From Bdellovibrionota bacterium (lineage in GTDB: Bacteria; Bdellovibrionota; UBA1018; CAIPTA01; JAALKR01), in assembly GCA_965207455.1 (NCBI GenBank), contig CBDBMJ010000001.1, positions 352,001 to 416,000 of the forward strand: DNA of 64,000 bases. The letters are read 5' to 3'. Every line of letters starts with the position of its first letter. Within the stretch, counting starts at the first letter, position 1. Shown here piece by piece: positions 30,115 through 39,141 of this stretch. A model generated the notes under the pieces. That model made no database searches. It worked only from the letters and a program-made list of their open reading frames with translations, and had not been told where the DNA came from. The position numbers and the translations under genes were made by a program.

Positions 30115-30954
30115 TTAAACTCTTCCTAAAAGCTGTACTACGCCTTCTCCATGACTATTAGCTTGTCCTAAGACGGCGATACCTGCTTGCATTAAAATTT
30201 TGTTTTTTGCGAGTTCTGCTGTTTCCTCTGCCATATCTGCGTCGCTTATACGAGAGTTTGCAGCAGACATATTTTCCACACTTACTCTAATATTATTTAG
30301 AGTGGACTGTAGCCTGTTTTGTATGGCTCCAAAATTAGCACGGATTCTAGACACCTGTACAATGGCGCTATCTATTGTATCCAGAGAATTCTGTGAATTT
30401 ACTTTTTCTTCCACACTTGTTTCGTCTAATTCAAGTGCGGCTGAGGAAACATTTGTTCGGCTGACATCAAAGGTAATTCTATCCACTGTGGGATTATTTC
30501 GAGTACCCACTTGGATGTCTATTTTTTTACCAGAACCATTTAGTAGAGGCACTCGATTAAACTCGGAAGAGTTAGCAATTCGATCTATTTCATCTTTAAG
30601 AGCGCTATATTCCACATTTAAAAATTTTCGTTCTTCTGCTCCAATAGTATCGGAAGCTGCTTGTACGGAGAGTTCTCTTAGTCGAATTAAAATTCTACTT
30701 ACTTCCGTGAGTCCGCCTTCAGCTACTTGAATCAGGGAGATACCGTCTTGGGCATTTCTGCCAGCTTGCCCCAATCCTCTTATTTGTGCTTTTAGGTTTT
30801 CACTAATGGCCAGCCCAGCTGCATCGTCTCCTGCACGATTGATGCGGTTACCGCTAGCCAATCTTTCCAGAGATTTTTCTAAAGCAGTACTGGTGCCTGC
30901 CAGCGACCTTTGGGCGTTTATTGATGATATATTGGTGTTTATCCTTAAACTCAT
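30115..30954 (-). CDS. fliC: Flagellin (short, 279 aa)
   Basis: MSLRINTN, LASGNRINRAGDDAAGLAISE, GAIQNRL, SRISDADMAEE. Confidence 0.97.
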   Translation of the reverse strand: MSLRINTNISSINAQRSLAGTSTALEKSLERLASGNRINRAGDDAAGLAISENLKAQIRGLGQAGRNAQDGISLIQVAEGGLTEVSRILIRLRELSVQAASDTIGAEERKFLNVEYSALKDEIDRIANSSEFNRVPLLNGSGKKIDIQVGTRNNPTVDRITFDVSRTNVSSAALELDETSVEEKVNSQNSLDTIDSAIVQVSRIRANFGAIQNRLQSTLNNIRVSVENMSAANSRISDADMAEETAELAKNKILMQAGIAVLGQANSHGEGVVQLLGRV

Positions 30955-31009
30955 ATCCGCTCCTCCTTGAGGGTTTTTGTTATTGTTTGCTCTACATGTT
31001 TCAAAAATA

Positions 31010-31036
31010 TAATCGGAACTTTGGGATAGAACTTTA
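31010..31036 (-). promoter_or_regulatory. Sigma28 promoter of fliC
   Basis: Minus strand TAAA-N15-TCCGATTA, about 55 nt upstream of the ATG. Confidence 0.8.
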
Positions 31037-31062
31037 TGAAAAAATAAAATATAATTTAATAG

Positions 31063-32217
31063 ATGGATTTAAAATCAAGAAATATACATCCGCATGAACT
31101 GGAAGAGGTGATATCCATGGTTTCCGATGAGTTTTCCTATCCCAATGGAGAGAAAATTAGTCGAGATTTCCCGTTATTATTCTCCATGTCCAACCATAAG
31201 CACTTATGGGTACATGCCTCCGAAGAAGATACAACAAGTAATATTTATTCCCATAGTGGAAGTTTTTTTACTCAAATGTATATAGATGGATTTTCCTTGC
31301 CTGTTGGTGGTATTGGAGGGGTGGTAGCTAGAAAAAACAAGCAAGGAAAGGGGCTGGCCACTGATTTAGTAGAGAAATGTATTCAAGATTTGAGGAAGCA
31401 GGGAGCTGCTCTGGCTTTTTTATGGACAGGTAATTTCGACTTCTACAGAAGGCTTGGCTTCGATCTGGTGGGTCGTCAGTGGTTTATTCATCTATTAAAG
31501 GAAAGAAGGTATTTGCTCCTACGGATGGCAAAGAAATTAGCTGAAGAGCAGGGGAAGTCTTTGGAGGATTGGACCATACTGGATAGTTTTGAAGCAAAAC
31601 GCTGTGTGATGAAAGAGGGTAAGGCACTTTTGGATCAACATAGTTTGCGTGTGGAGCGTGATTTAGAACAATTCTCTAAATTATTATCTTTACCTAAGTC
31701 TAGGGTGTTGGGTTCTCAGTATAGAGGTAATTTAGATGCCTACCTTGTGATAGATAAGGGAATTGACTTAAAGGATCATATTCATGAGTGGGCAGGAGAT
31801 ACGGTGCCCCTGCTACTACTCATGGCAAAAGCATTGGAGGAAGGTTCTCTTACATTCATTTCGCCTCAATTTACATTAGAGGAGGCGCCTATCTTATATG
31901 AGTTAGAAAAGAATGGGTTTCTTGCCCAAGCGGGATATATGTCCATGGTGAAGTTATTGGATTTCTCAGCTATTGAAAAGCTTATTTATCAAAAAATAGA
32001 GGGTATGAAATTATCCAAAGAAGATTTTTCTTTGGAAAAAAAAGAAGGGCGTTATTGGATTGGCAATGAATTAAATCTAAGTGAGTCTGACTTTTTAAAG
32101 TTAATTTTTGGTCCAGAATTGCCATCAACATACTTTCAGTGTGAAAAGGAACTGCAGAATTACCTGGATGCTCTCTTTCCTCTACGCCTATGGTGGTGGG
32201 GTTTAGATTCTGTATAA
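31063..32217 (+). CDS. GNAT-family (Eis-like) acetyltransferase
   Basis: VGGIGGVV...QGKGLA acetyl-CoA motif, AFLWT..FDFYRRLGF. Confidence 0.8.
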   Translation: MDLKSRNIHPHELEEVISMVSDEFSYPNGEKISRDFPLLFSMSNHKHLWVHASEEDTTSNIYSHSGSFFTQMYIDGFSLPVGGIGGVVARKNKQGKGLATDLVEKCIQDLRKQGAALAFLWTGNFDFYRRLGFDLVGRQWFIHLLKERRYLLLRMAKKLAEEQGKSLEDWTILDSFEAKRCVMKEGKALLDQHSLRVERDLEQFSKLLSLPKSRVLGSQYRGNLDAYLVIDKGIDLKDHIHEWAGDTVPLLLLMAKALEEGSLTFISPQFTLEEAPILYELEKNGFLAQAGYMSMVKLLDFSAIEKLIYQKIEGMKLSKEDFSLEKKEGRYWIGNELNLSESDFLKLIFGPELPSTYFQCEKELQNYLDALFPLRLWWWGLDSV

Positions 32218-34214
32218 GCAACGGGTTCCAGTTCAATTTTCAGTAGATGGATACTTACTCGAGCTATTTGTACTTCTATCCGGTCGCCTAGGATGATTTT
32301 TTTTCCAGACCGTAGTTTTCTAAAAAACATATATTTTTCGTTATACACATAGTCTGCTCCCATTCTATTAATATCTACGAATCCTTCAATTAGGAGAGTG
32401 TCTAGTTCCACAAAAGCCCCTTTTCTATTAAAACTCATGATGGTGCCAGTAAATGTATGTCCCAGGTATTTGCTAGCATAGCGAGCTTGTTTTAGTTGTA
32501 TCATTTGTCTTTCTGCTTCGATGGCAGCTCGGTCCCTTTCGGAGCAATTTTGAGCAATCGTGGAAAGGTATTTTGGAGAAAATAATTTTTTAGCCTTAGG
32601 TAGTGATTGGAATGTAGCTTTGAGGGAGCGGTGAACAGTAAGATCCGCATACCTGCGTATGGGGCTAGTAAAGTGGGTGTAAAAATCAGAGGCAAGAGCA
32701 AAATGCTTCAAGTTATTTTTGCTATAAATAGCTTGTTTTAAGCTCCTTAGCAGGAGTATGTTTAATACTTTTTTAGATGGATGATTGTCTATTGCTTTCA
32801 AGAAATGTTGATAGGAGGTTTGAATGCCAGAATTTTTTTGATTTTTTACAGGTATACCTAAGGATTGGGCAATGGTTAGAAATGTTTCTGTGGAGTTACT
32901 TTCGGGTGGCTCATGAACACGGAAAATAATTGGAACTCTTTTTTCCGATAGAGATTTAGCAGTGGCTTCATTAGCTGCTATCATGCATTCCTCTATTAGT
33001 CTGTGGGAATTTAGTCTTTGAATTTTCTCTACTCCAAGTGGCTTTCCTTCAGGACTTACTTTGATAGCGGACTCCTGTATATCCAGATCTATATTTCCTC
33101 TTTGATTTCTATTTTTTAATAAAGATTCATATATGGCGAATAAGGATTTCAGGCTTTCTTTTATGGGAGAATCAAAGTCTTTCTTCTTTTCAAAGAAATC
33201 TTCCACTTCGCGATAAGTGCAGCGTTTTTGGCTTTGGATAACAGCATTATAAAAGTTAGATTTCTCTACCTCTCCTTTTTTATTAAATTGTATTTCACAA
33301 ACCACAGCTAGTCGGTCCACATTTGGTTTTAGAGAGCAGATTCCATTGGAGAGTTTTTCAGGCAACATGGGCACAGCCATGTGAGGAAAATAAACGCTTG
33401 TTCCTCGAAGGAAAGCTTCTTTATCTATGGGTGAATTGGGTATTACATAATGGGATACATCGGCAATAGCAACCCAAAGGGTATGACCGCCGGATTTTAA
33501 TTTTTCAGCACATACGGCATCGTCGAAATCTTTAGCTGTGGGACCATCTATGGTGATAAATGCCATGTCTCTTAGATCTTTCCGGTCTTTATATTCTTCT
33601 TTTTTTACATGGGAAGGAATTCGCTTTTCTTGATCTACACACGCTTTAGGAAACACAGTATTTAAATTATGCTTAGAAGTGATATATAGATCATCTGTGG
33701 TGAAATCCATGGATTCGCCTAGGATGGAAACAATCTCTCCTTTAGGAAGCTCATATAAATTCTTGCCATAGACGATTTTCACTAGAATAGCATTTCCTGG
33801 CTTTAAATTTTTCATGGATGTTTGCTTTTCGTGTAGTTTGAGAGGAATCATAAGGTCCATGCCCTTACCTTGAACCTCTATCATGGGTTTTTTCCGGTCT
33901 AAAACAAAAGTACCAACCACGGTTTTTAAATTGTGTTTGATAATACGAATTAGTTCACCACTATATTTTTTTGTTGAGCGGTGAGAAGTGGAGACTCGAA
34001 CCTCCACGATATCTCCAGTTATTAAGGGAGCAGCCTCGTCAGCACCTAGGAAAATATCTTCATTAAACCCTTTAACGGGTGGTTGGATAGCTATGAAGGC
34101 AAAACCTTTAGAGTTTTTAATAACCCGACCACAGACAATAGTATTACTCGGATTTTTTTTTGAAAAGTTTCGTTTTCGAGATTTTTTTGCGAAAGATTTT
34201 TTTTTTCTTTTCAT
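32160..34214 (-). CDS. rnr: Ribonuclease R (RNB family)
   Basis: Cold-shock domain KGFAFI, TIDGPTAKDFDDA, YTHFTSPIRRYADL, C-terminal S1; start ATG 34214 preferred. Confidence 0.92.
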   Translation of the reverse strand: MKRKKKSFAKKSRKRNFSKKNPSNTIVCGRVIKNSKGFAFIAIQPPVKGFNEDIFLGADEAAPLITGDIVEVRVSTSHRSTKKYSGELIRIIKHNLKTVVGTFVLDRKKPMIEVQGKGMDLMIPLKLHEKQTSMKNLKPGNAILVKIVYGKNLYELPKGEIVSILGESMDFTTDDLYITSKHNLNTVFPKACVDQEKRIPSHVKKEEYKDRKDLRDMAFITIDGPTAKDFDDAVCAEKLKSGGHTLWVAIADVSHYVIPNSPIDKEAFLRGTSVYFPHMAVPMLPEKLSNGICSLKPNVDRLAVVCEIQFNKKGEVEKSNFYNAVIQSQKRCTYREVEDFFEKKKDFDSPIKESLKSLFAIYESLLKNRNQRGNIDLDIQESAIKVSPEGKPLGVEKIQRLNSHRLIEECMIAANEATAKSLSEKRVPIIFRVHEPPESNSTETFLTIAQSLGIPVKNQKNSGIQTSYQHFLKAIDNHPSKKVLNILLLRSLKQAIYSKNNLKHFALASDFYTHFTSPIRRYADLTVHRSLKATFQSLPKAKKLFSPKYLSTIAQNCSERDRAAIEAERQMIQLKQARYASKYLGHTFTGTIMSFNRKGAFVELDTLLIEGFVDINRMGADYVYNEKYMFFRKLRSGKKIILGDRIEVQIARVSIHLLKIELEPVAYTESKPHHHRRRGKRASR

Positions 34215-34465
34215 GACTTTTGTTTTTATAAAAACGATTCTCAAAGATTCTGAATATACCTTTATAATAGCATAGATAAGGCTAATCGAGAGAAAATACC
34301 TGTTCAAAGGCATAGCTAAGTTTCATTCATATTTTTTTATACTGATTATCGTGTAGGTAATGATGTATTTTTTATACCGTTGACTTTTTGATGCGGTATG
34401 GAATAAAATAATATTTGTAATTATAAAAATAACAATAACACAGTGACAACTTGGAGGTTGCTATA

Positions 34466-36172
34466 ATGAAAAAATATATTTCTATCGTAATGATGATTAG
34501 CATTGGGATTTTATTAGGCAATATTGCCCAAACAAACACAAACAAATATATACAAATGTTAGACACTAAAGATCGTGTGCTAGGGGAAGCTATAGTAAAG
34601 TTTCGTCGAACAGAAGCACAGGTGGTGCAGATGGAAAATACATTGCTCTCTATGAATGTTTCTTCTTTTGAAATGTTTGCAACAGATAGTCGGTTTTTTA
34701 AAATTAAATTGGCTGATGATAAGGATATGGTTCGTTTTTTACAAGAAGCCAATAGAAATCCAAAAATATTGTACGCAGAACCTAACTATATCTATAAAGC
34801 AATCGCTAGTGAGGATTCAGGAACTATTCCTAAAGATACGGATTTTCAGAAACAGTGGGCTTTACACAATACAGGTCAAGAAGATTCTGGAGGACAAGTG
34901 GGAGTGGTTGGTGCAGATATAAATGCATTAAAAGCTTGGGAAGTAACCAAAGGTTCTAAAGATATAATAGTGGCAGTAATCGATACGGGTGTGGACTATA
35001 CTCACACAGAACTTACTAAGAACATATACCGTAATCCTGGAGAGAGTGGAGATGGCAAAGAAACCAATGGCATTGATGATGATGCTAATGGTTTTATCGA
35101 TGATCACGTGGGATGGAATTTTAGTGCTTCTAATAATGATCCCATAGATCAAGATGGTCATGGCACTCATTGCTCTGGAGTAATAGGTGCAGAAGGTAAT
35201 AATGACAAAGGTATAGTTGGTATTTCATGGAATGTGAGTATTTTACCCATTAAGTTTCTTGGGGTAGGAGGAGGAACAGCTGCACATGCTGTTCAATCTA
35301 TACAGTATGCTACAAAAATGGGTGCTCATATTATGAGTAATTCTTGGGGTGGAGGCTTTTTCTCTCAAGCAATCAAGGATGCTATTGGAGAAGCTGAGGA
35401 AGCAGGTATTTTATTTGTGGCAGCGGCTGGAAATTCCGGCAATGATAGCGATGCGCGCCCCCACTATCCGTCCAGTTATCCAGAAAAAAACATCATATCC
35501 GTAGCAGCAACAAATAACTCCGACGACTTAAGTTATTTTAGTACCTGGGGTAAGGAGTCTGTGGATATTGCAGCACCTGGGTCGAATATCTATAGCACAG
35601 TTATAAAGGAGAAGTATGCTAGCTTCAGTGGAACCTCCATGGCCACTCCTCATGTGGCAGGGGCTGCAGCCTTGTTATGGAGTATGGATAAAGAAATGAG
35701 TGCGGCAGAAATAAAAGATCGACTACTTCGTTCCAGGGATCCGAGCTTTGCCCTATACCGCAAGTTAGGCTTTAGTGGACGATTAAATGTCAACAATGCA
35801 GTTCGCGGTATTTTTCCTCCTAGGATTCAAATTCCAGAAGAAAATGAATGGATAGATGGAGAACTTGTTGAGCCTGTTGAATCTGCTCATCCGTATACAG
35901 ACCGTTTTTCCCAAAAATGGGTGATCCGTGGTCCAGAGAATGCGAAATTTATGCGAGTTCATTTCTCTCGACTGGAATTGGAAGATAAATATGATTTTGT
36001 ATACATTCTTGATAGTAAAGGTAGGCGCATGGATACTATTACTAGCACTTCTCCAGATGGAGCAAATTCATGGCTTGTATCGGGAAATGAATTGACGGTA
36101 GAGTTTAAAACAGATTTTTCCCAAGTGAAATGGGGCTTTGCTGTTGATAAATTTCAGTACGTCACAGAATAA
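34466..36172 (+). CDS. Secreted S8 subtilase with C-terminal CUB-like domain, copy 1
   Basis: Catalytic triad VIDTGVD / HGTHCSG / SGTSMA; ESAHPY...RVHFSRLELE..YDFV. Confidence 0.92.
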   Translation: MKKYISIVMMISIGILLGNIAQTNTNKYIQMLDTKDRVLGEAIVKFRRTEAQVVQMENTLLSMNVSSFEMFATDSRFFKIKLADDKDMVRFLQEANRNPKILYAEPNYIYKAIASEDSGTIPKDTDFQKQWALHNTGQEDSGGQVGVVGADINALKAWEVTKGSKDIIVAVIDTGVDYTHTELTKNIYRNPGESGDGKETNGIDDDANGFIDDHVGWNFSASNNDPIDQDGHGTHCSGVIGAEGNNDKGIVGISWNVSILPIKFLGVGGGTAAHAVQSIQYATKMGAHIMSNSWGGGFFSQAIKDAIGEAEEAGILFVAAAGNSGNDSDARPHYPSSYPEKNIISVAATNNSDDLSYFSTWGKESVDIAAPGSNIYSTVIKEKYASFSGTSMATPHVAGAAALLWSMDKEMSAAEIKDRLLRSRDPSFALYRKLGFSGRLNVNNAVRGIFPPRIQIPEENEWIDGELVEPVESAHPYTDRFSQKWVIRGPENAKFMRVHFSRLELEDKYDFVYILDSKGRRMDTITSTSPDGANSWLVSGNELTVEFKTDFSQVKWGFAVDKFQYVTE

Positions 36173-36211
36173 CGTAGCCAGCAGTACAGAACAGTAGAAA
36201 GTAGAATTTTA

Positions 36212-36248
36212 GAATCACTCTCATGGGGGACGGAACTCCTTGAGAGTG
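36212..36248 (+). terminator. Intrinsic terminator between the protease paralogs
   Basis: AATCACTCTCA...TGAGAGTGATT stem followed by a T run. Confidence 0.75.
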
Positions 36249-36398
36249 ATTTTTTTATTTTATTCCTTTATTTATAAATTTAATATAAATTGCTGAAGAG
36301 ATTAGCTGTTAAAAGGTAACGAGAAGCTATGCATTTCTTACACAGTTGACTTTTGTTTCCACTATAGAATATTATTTTATTAACAGTGGAGGATTAAC

Positions 36399-38114
36399 AT
36401 GAAAAAATATATTTCTATCGTAATGATGGTTAGCATTGGGATTTTATTAGGCAATATTGCCCAAACAAATACAAATAAATATACACAAATGTTGGATACT
36501 AAAGATCGTGTATTGGGGGAAGCTATAGTAAAGTTTCATCGAACAGAAGCAGGGGTGGTGCAGATGGAAAGTACGCTGCTTTCCATGAATGTCTTTTCCT
36601 CTACAGTGTTTGCAACAGATAGTCGATTTTTCAAAGTTAAATTGGCTGATGATAAAGATATGGTTCGTTTTTTAAAAGAGGCCAACAGAAATCCAGAAAT
36701 ATCGTATGCGGAACCTAATTATATCTACAGAGCAGTTGGCTATAAGGATTCAGAAATTCTTCCCAACGACACGGATTTTCAAAAGCAATGGGCTTTACAC
36801 AATACCGGTCAAAAAGATCCAAGAGGACTGGTGGGAGTGGCTGGTGCAGATATAAATGCATTAAAAGCCTGGGAAATAACGAAAGGTTCTAAAGATATAA
36901 TAGTAGCCGTAATCGATACGGGCGTGGACTATAATCATACAGATCTTGCTGCTAACATATATCATAATCCTGGAGAGAGTGGAGACGGCAAGGAAGCTAA
37001 TGGTATTGATGATGATGGCAATGGTTTCATCGATGATCATATGGGTTGGAATTTTTATATCTCTAATAATGATCCCATGGATCATATCGGTCATGGTACT
37101 CACTGTTCTGGAATAATAGGTGCAGAAGGCGATAACGACAAAGGCATCGTAGGTGTTTCATGGAACGTTAGCATTTTACCCATTAAATTTCTTGGCGGAA
37201 GAGGATCAGGAACAACTGAGGGTGCTATTCAAGCCATACAGTACGCCATAAAAATGGGTGCCCATATTATGAGTAACTCTTGGGGAGGAAGCAATTTTTC
37301 TCAAGGAATCAAGGACGCTATTGGGGAAGCCAAGGAAGCGGGTATTTTATTTGTGGCATCCGCTGGAAATAATGCTGAGGATAGCGATGCGTATCCTCAC
37401 TATCCATCCGGTTATTCAGAGGAAAATATCATATCCGTAGCAGCAACAGATAATTCCGATAATTTAAGTTCTTTTAGTACCTGGGGTAAGGAATCTGTGG
37501 ATATTGCAGCACCTGGAACAAATATCTATAGCACGATGAGAGATGGGTATGCTAGCCACAGTGGGACCTCCATGGCTGTTCCTCACGTGGCAGGAGCAGC
37601 AGCCTTGTTATGGAGTGTGAATAAGAAAATGACTGCAATGGAGATAAAAGATCGATTGCTTCGTTCCAGGGATCCCTACCTAAATCTATATCGTAAGTTA
37701 AGCGTTGGTGGTCGATTAAATGTTAATAATGCAATTCGCAGTATTTTCCCTCCCCAAGTTCAAATTCCAAAAGAAAATGAATGGATAGATGGAGAGCTTA
37801 TAGAAACCATTGAATCTTCCCATCCGTATGAAAACAATTTTTCTCAAAAATGGGTGATTCGTGGTCCAGAAAATGCAAAGTTTATGCGGGTTCATTTCTC
37901 TCGACTGGATTTGGAAGAGGCCTATGATTTTGTACACATTACTGGTAGTAATGGAAAGCGTATGGATAGTGTTTCCGGCCTATCTCCAGATGGACTGAAC
38001 TCATGGCTTGTGTTGGGAAATGAAATAACCATAGAGTTTAAAGCAGATTTGAACAAAACAGGATGGGGCTTTGCTATTGATAAATTTCAGTACGCTAGAG
38101 AGCATAGCCAATAG
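36399..38114 (+). CDS. Secreted S8 subtilase with C-terminal CUB-like domain, copy 2
   Basis: Same motifs; collinear paralog of 34466..36172. Confidence 0.92.
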   Translation: MKKYISIVMMVSIGILLGNIAQTNTNKYTQMLDTKDRVLGEAIVKFHRTEAGVVQMESTLLSMNVFSSTVFATDSRFFKVKLADDKDMVRFLKEANRNPEISYAEPNYIYRAVGYKDSEILPNDTDFQKQWALHNTGQKDPRGLVGVAGADINALKAWEITKGSKDIIVAVIDTGVDYNHTDLAANIYHNPGESGDGKEANGIDDDGNGFIDDHMGWNFYISNNDPMDHIGHGTHCSGIIGAEGDNDKGIVGVSWNVSILPIKFLGGRGSGTTEGAIQAIQYAIKMGAHIMSNSWGGSNFSQGIKDAIGEAKEAGILFVASAGNNAEDSDAYPHYPSGYSEENIISVAATDNSDNLSSFSTWGKESVDIAAPGTNIYSTMRDGYASHSGTSMAVPHVAGAAALLWSVNKKMTAMEIKDRLLRSRDPYLNLYRKLSVGGRLNVNNAIRSIFPPQVQIPKENEWIDGELIETIESSHPYENNFSQKWVIRGPENAKFMRVHFSRLDLEEAYDFVHITGSNGKRMDSVSGLSPDGLNSWLVLGNEITIEFKADLNKTGWGFAIDKFQYAREHSQ

Positions 38115-38133
38115 AAAGAATCTTTAGATCTCT

Positions 38134-38385
38134 TTATTTTGACTTTTTTTTGTTGAAGGATCGTTTTACAGAGTTTTCTGGAAAATAGTCTTTATGGGTG
38201 GCAATAAATCGCCTAAGGGCTGTGTTGACAATTTCATTTTTGCTCATAGAGGCATGTTCCGACATAATGGTTAGGCAGTCGCATACGAATTTTTCCACCT
38301 TCACTTCCACAGTGGTATTAAGATTAAGTTGCTGACCTGGAACTCTCATTCCTTCCCAATACCCCATTATTTTGAATTTTTCCAT
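38134..38385 (-). CDS. Small hypothetical protein, possibly ribbon-helix-helix DNA-binding
   Basis: Beta-helix-helix pattern TTVEVKV...MSKNEIVNTALRRFI. Confidence 0.55.
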   Translation of the reverse strand: MEKFKIMGYWEGMRVPGQQLNLNTTVEVKVEKFVCDCLTIMSEHASMSKNEIVNTALRRFIATHKDYFPENSVKRSFNKKKSK

Positions 38386-38427
38386 AGAAAATGGCTTGGT
38401 CGGAAAGATGACTCAGTGAATTACCGC

Positions 38428-38976
38428 TTAGTTTTCGTTGGAAGAGTCCACAATCTTTATAACCACGGACTCAATCTGTTGCCATTTCTCTGGACTACCC
38501 GTTAGTTTCAGCTCTATGAGTACACTCTTCTCAATAATACTCATTCTCACTTTAGCCTTCATTTCTGCTCCAACAAGCAATCCCAGTCGATCCTCTCGTT
38601 TGTCGGACTTTTGAGTTACATGTACAGAGACCTTAATATGATCAGGGGCTTTTTCCTGTAGCTCTTGGAGAGCCTCTTCCGATAGTTCGTCTTGGCTCAG
38701 GAAAATGATGAGGCTTTCCTTCTCTTGGTTTTTCAATGGTTGGAGATCTTCGCCGCTGATGTATATGCTGTGAATTACAGGAGAGTCCGTATTTCTTGCT
38801 TGAGGGCCCTCTATAATTAGACTGCTCTCTAGGGGCTGGAGTTCACTTATTAATAGCTCCTCTGGTAGGGATGAGTTGTTCACAAGGGTGCTGGAGGATA
38901 GGGGAGAGCACTGAGTGAAGGCGGTGAAGGCACTGAGGAAGAGTAGTATGGGACTTATGGTTTTTTGTATATTCAT
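38428..38976 (-). CDS. Hypothetical exported protein, possible lipoprotein
   Basis: Signal-like N-terminus ending FTQC; sigma54 motif immediately upstream. Confidence 0.65.
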   Translation of the reverse strand: MNIQKTISPILLFLSAFTAFTQCSPLSSSTLVNNSSLPEELLISELQPLESSLIIEGPQARNTDSPVIHSIYISGEDLQPLKNQEKESLIIFLSQDELSEEALQELQEKAPDHIKVSVHVTQKSDKREDRLGLLVGAEMKAKVRMSIIEKSVLIELKLTGSPEKWQQIESVVIKIVDSSNEN

Positions 38977-38988
38977 ACCAATAGATAA

Positions 38989-39005
38989 AGCAAGAATGAT
39001 GCCAA
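38989..39005 (-). promoter_or_regulatory. Sigma54 promoter
   Basis: Minus strand TTGGCATCATTCTTGCT = GG-N10-GC. Confidence 0.7.
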
Positions 39006-39141
39006 CAGTACACGGTATGGAATCCTTGAAAAATAAGGGTTTTTTTGTTTTTTGACACTATTATTTTGTCTATTTTTTCGTCACTTGAACAAAGAATTTG
39101 CACATATATGTGGTAGGCTGGTGGGGAAAAAGGAGTCTTGT

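Noticed and set aside
30200..30730. 176-aa plus-strand ORF
   Set aside because: Entirely antisense to flagellin; no independent motif.
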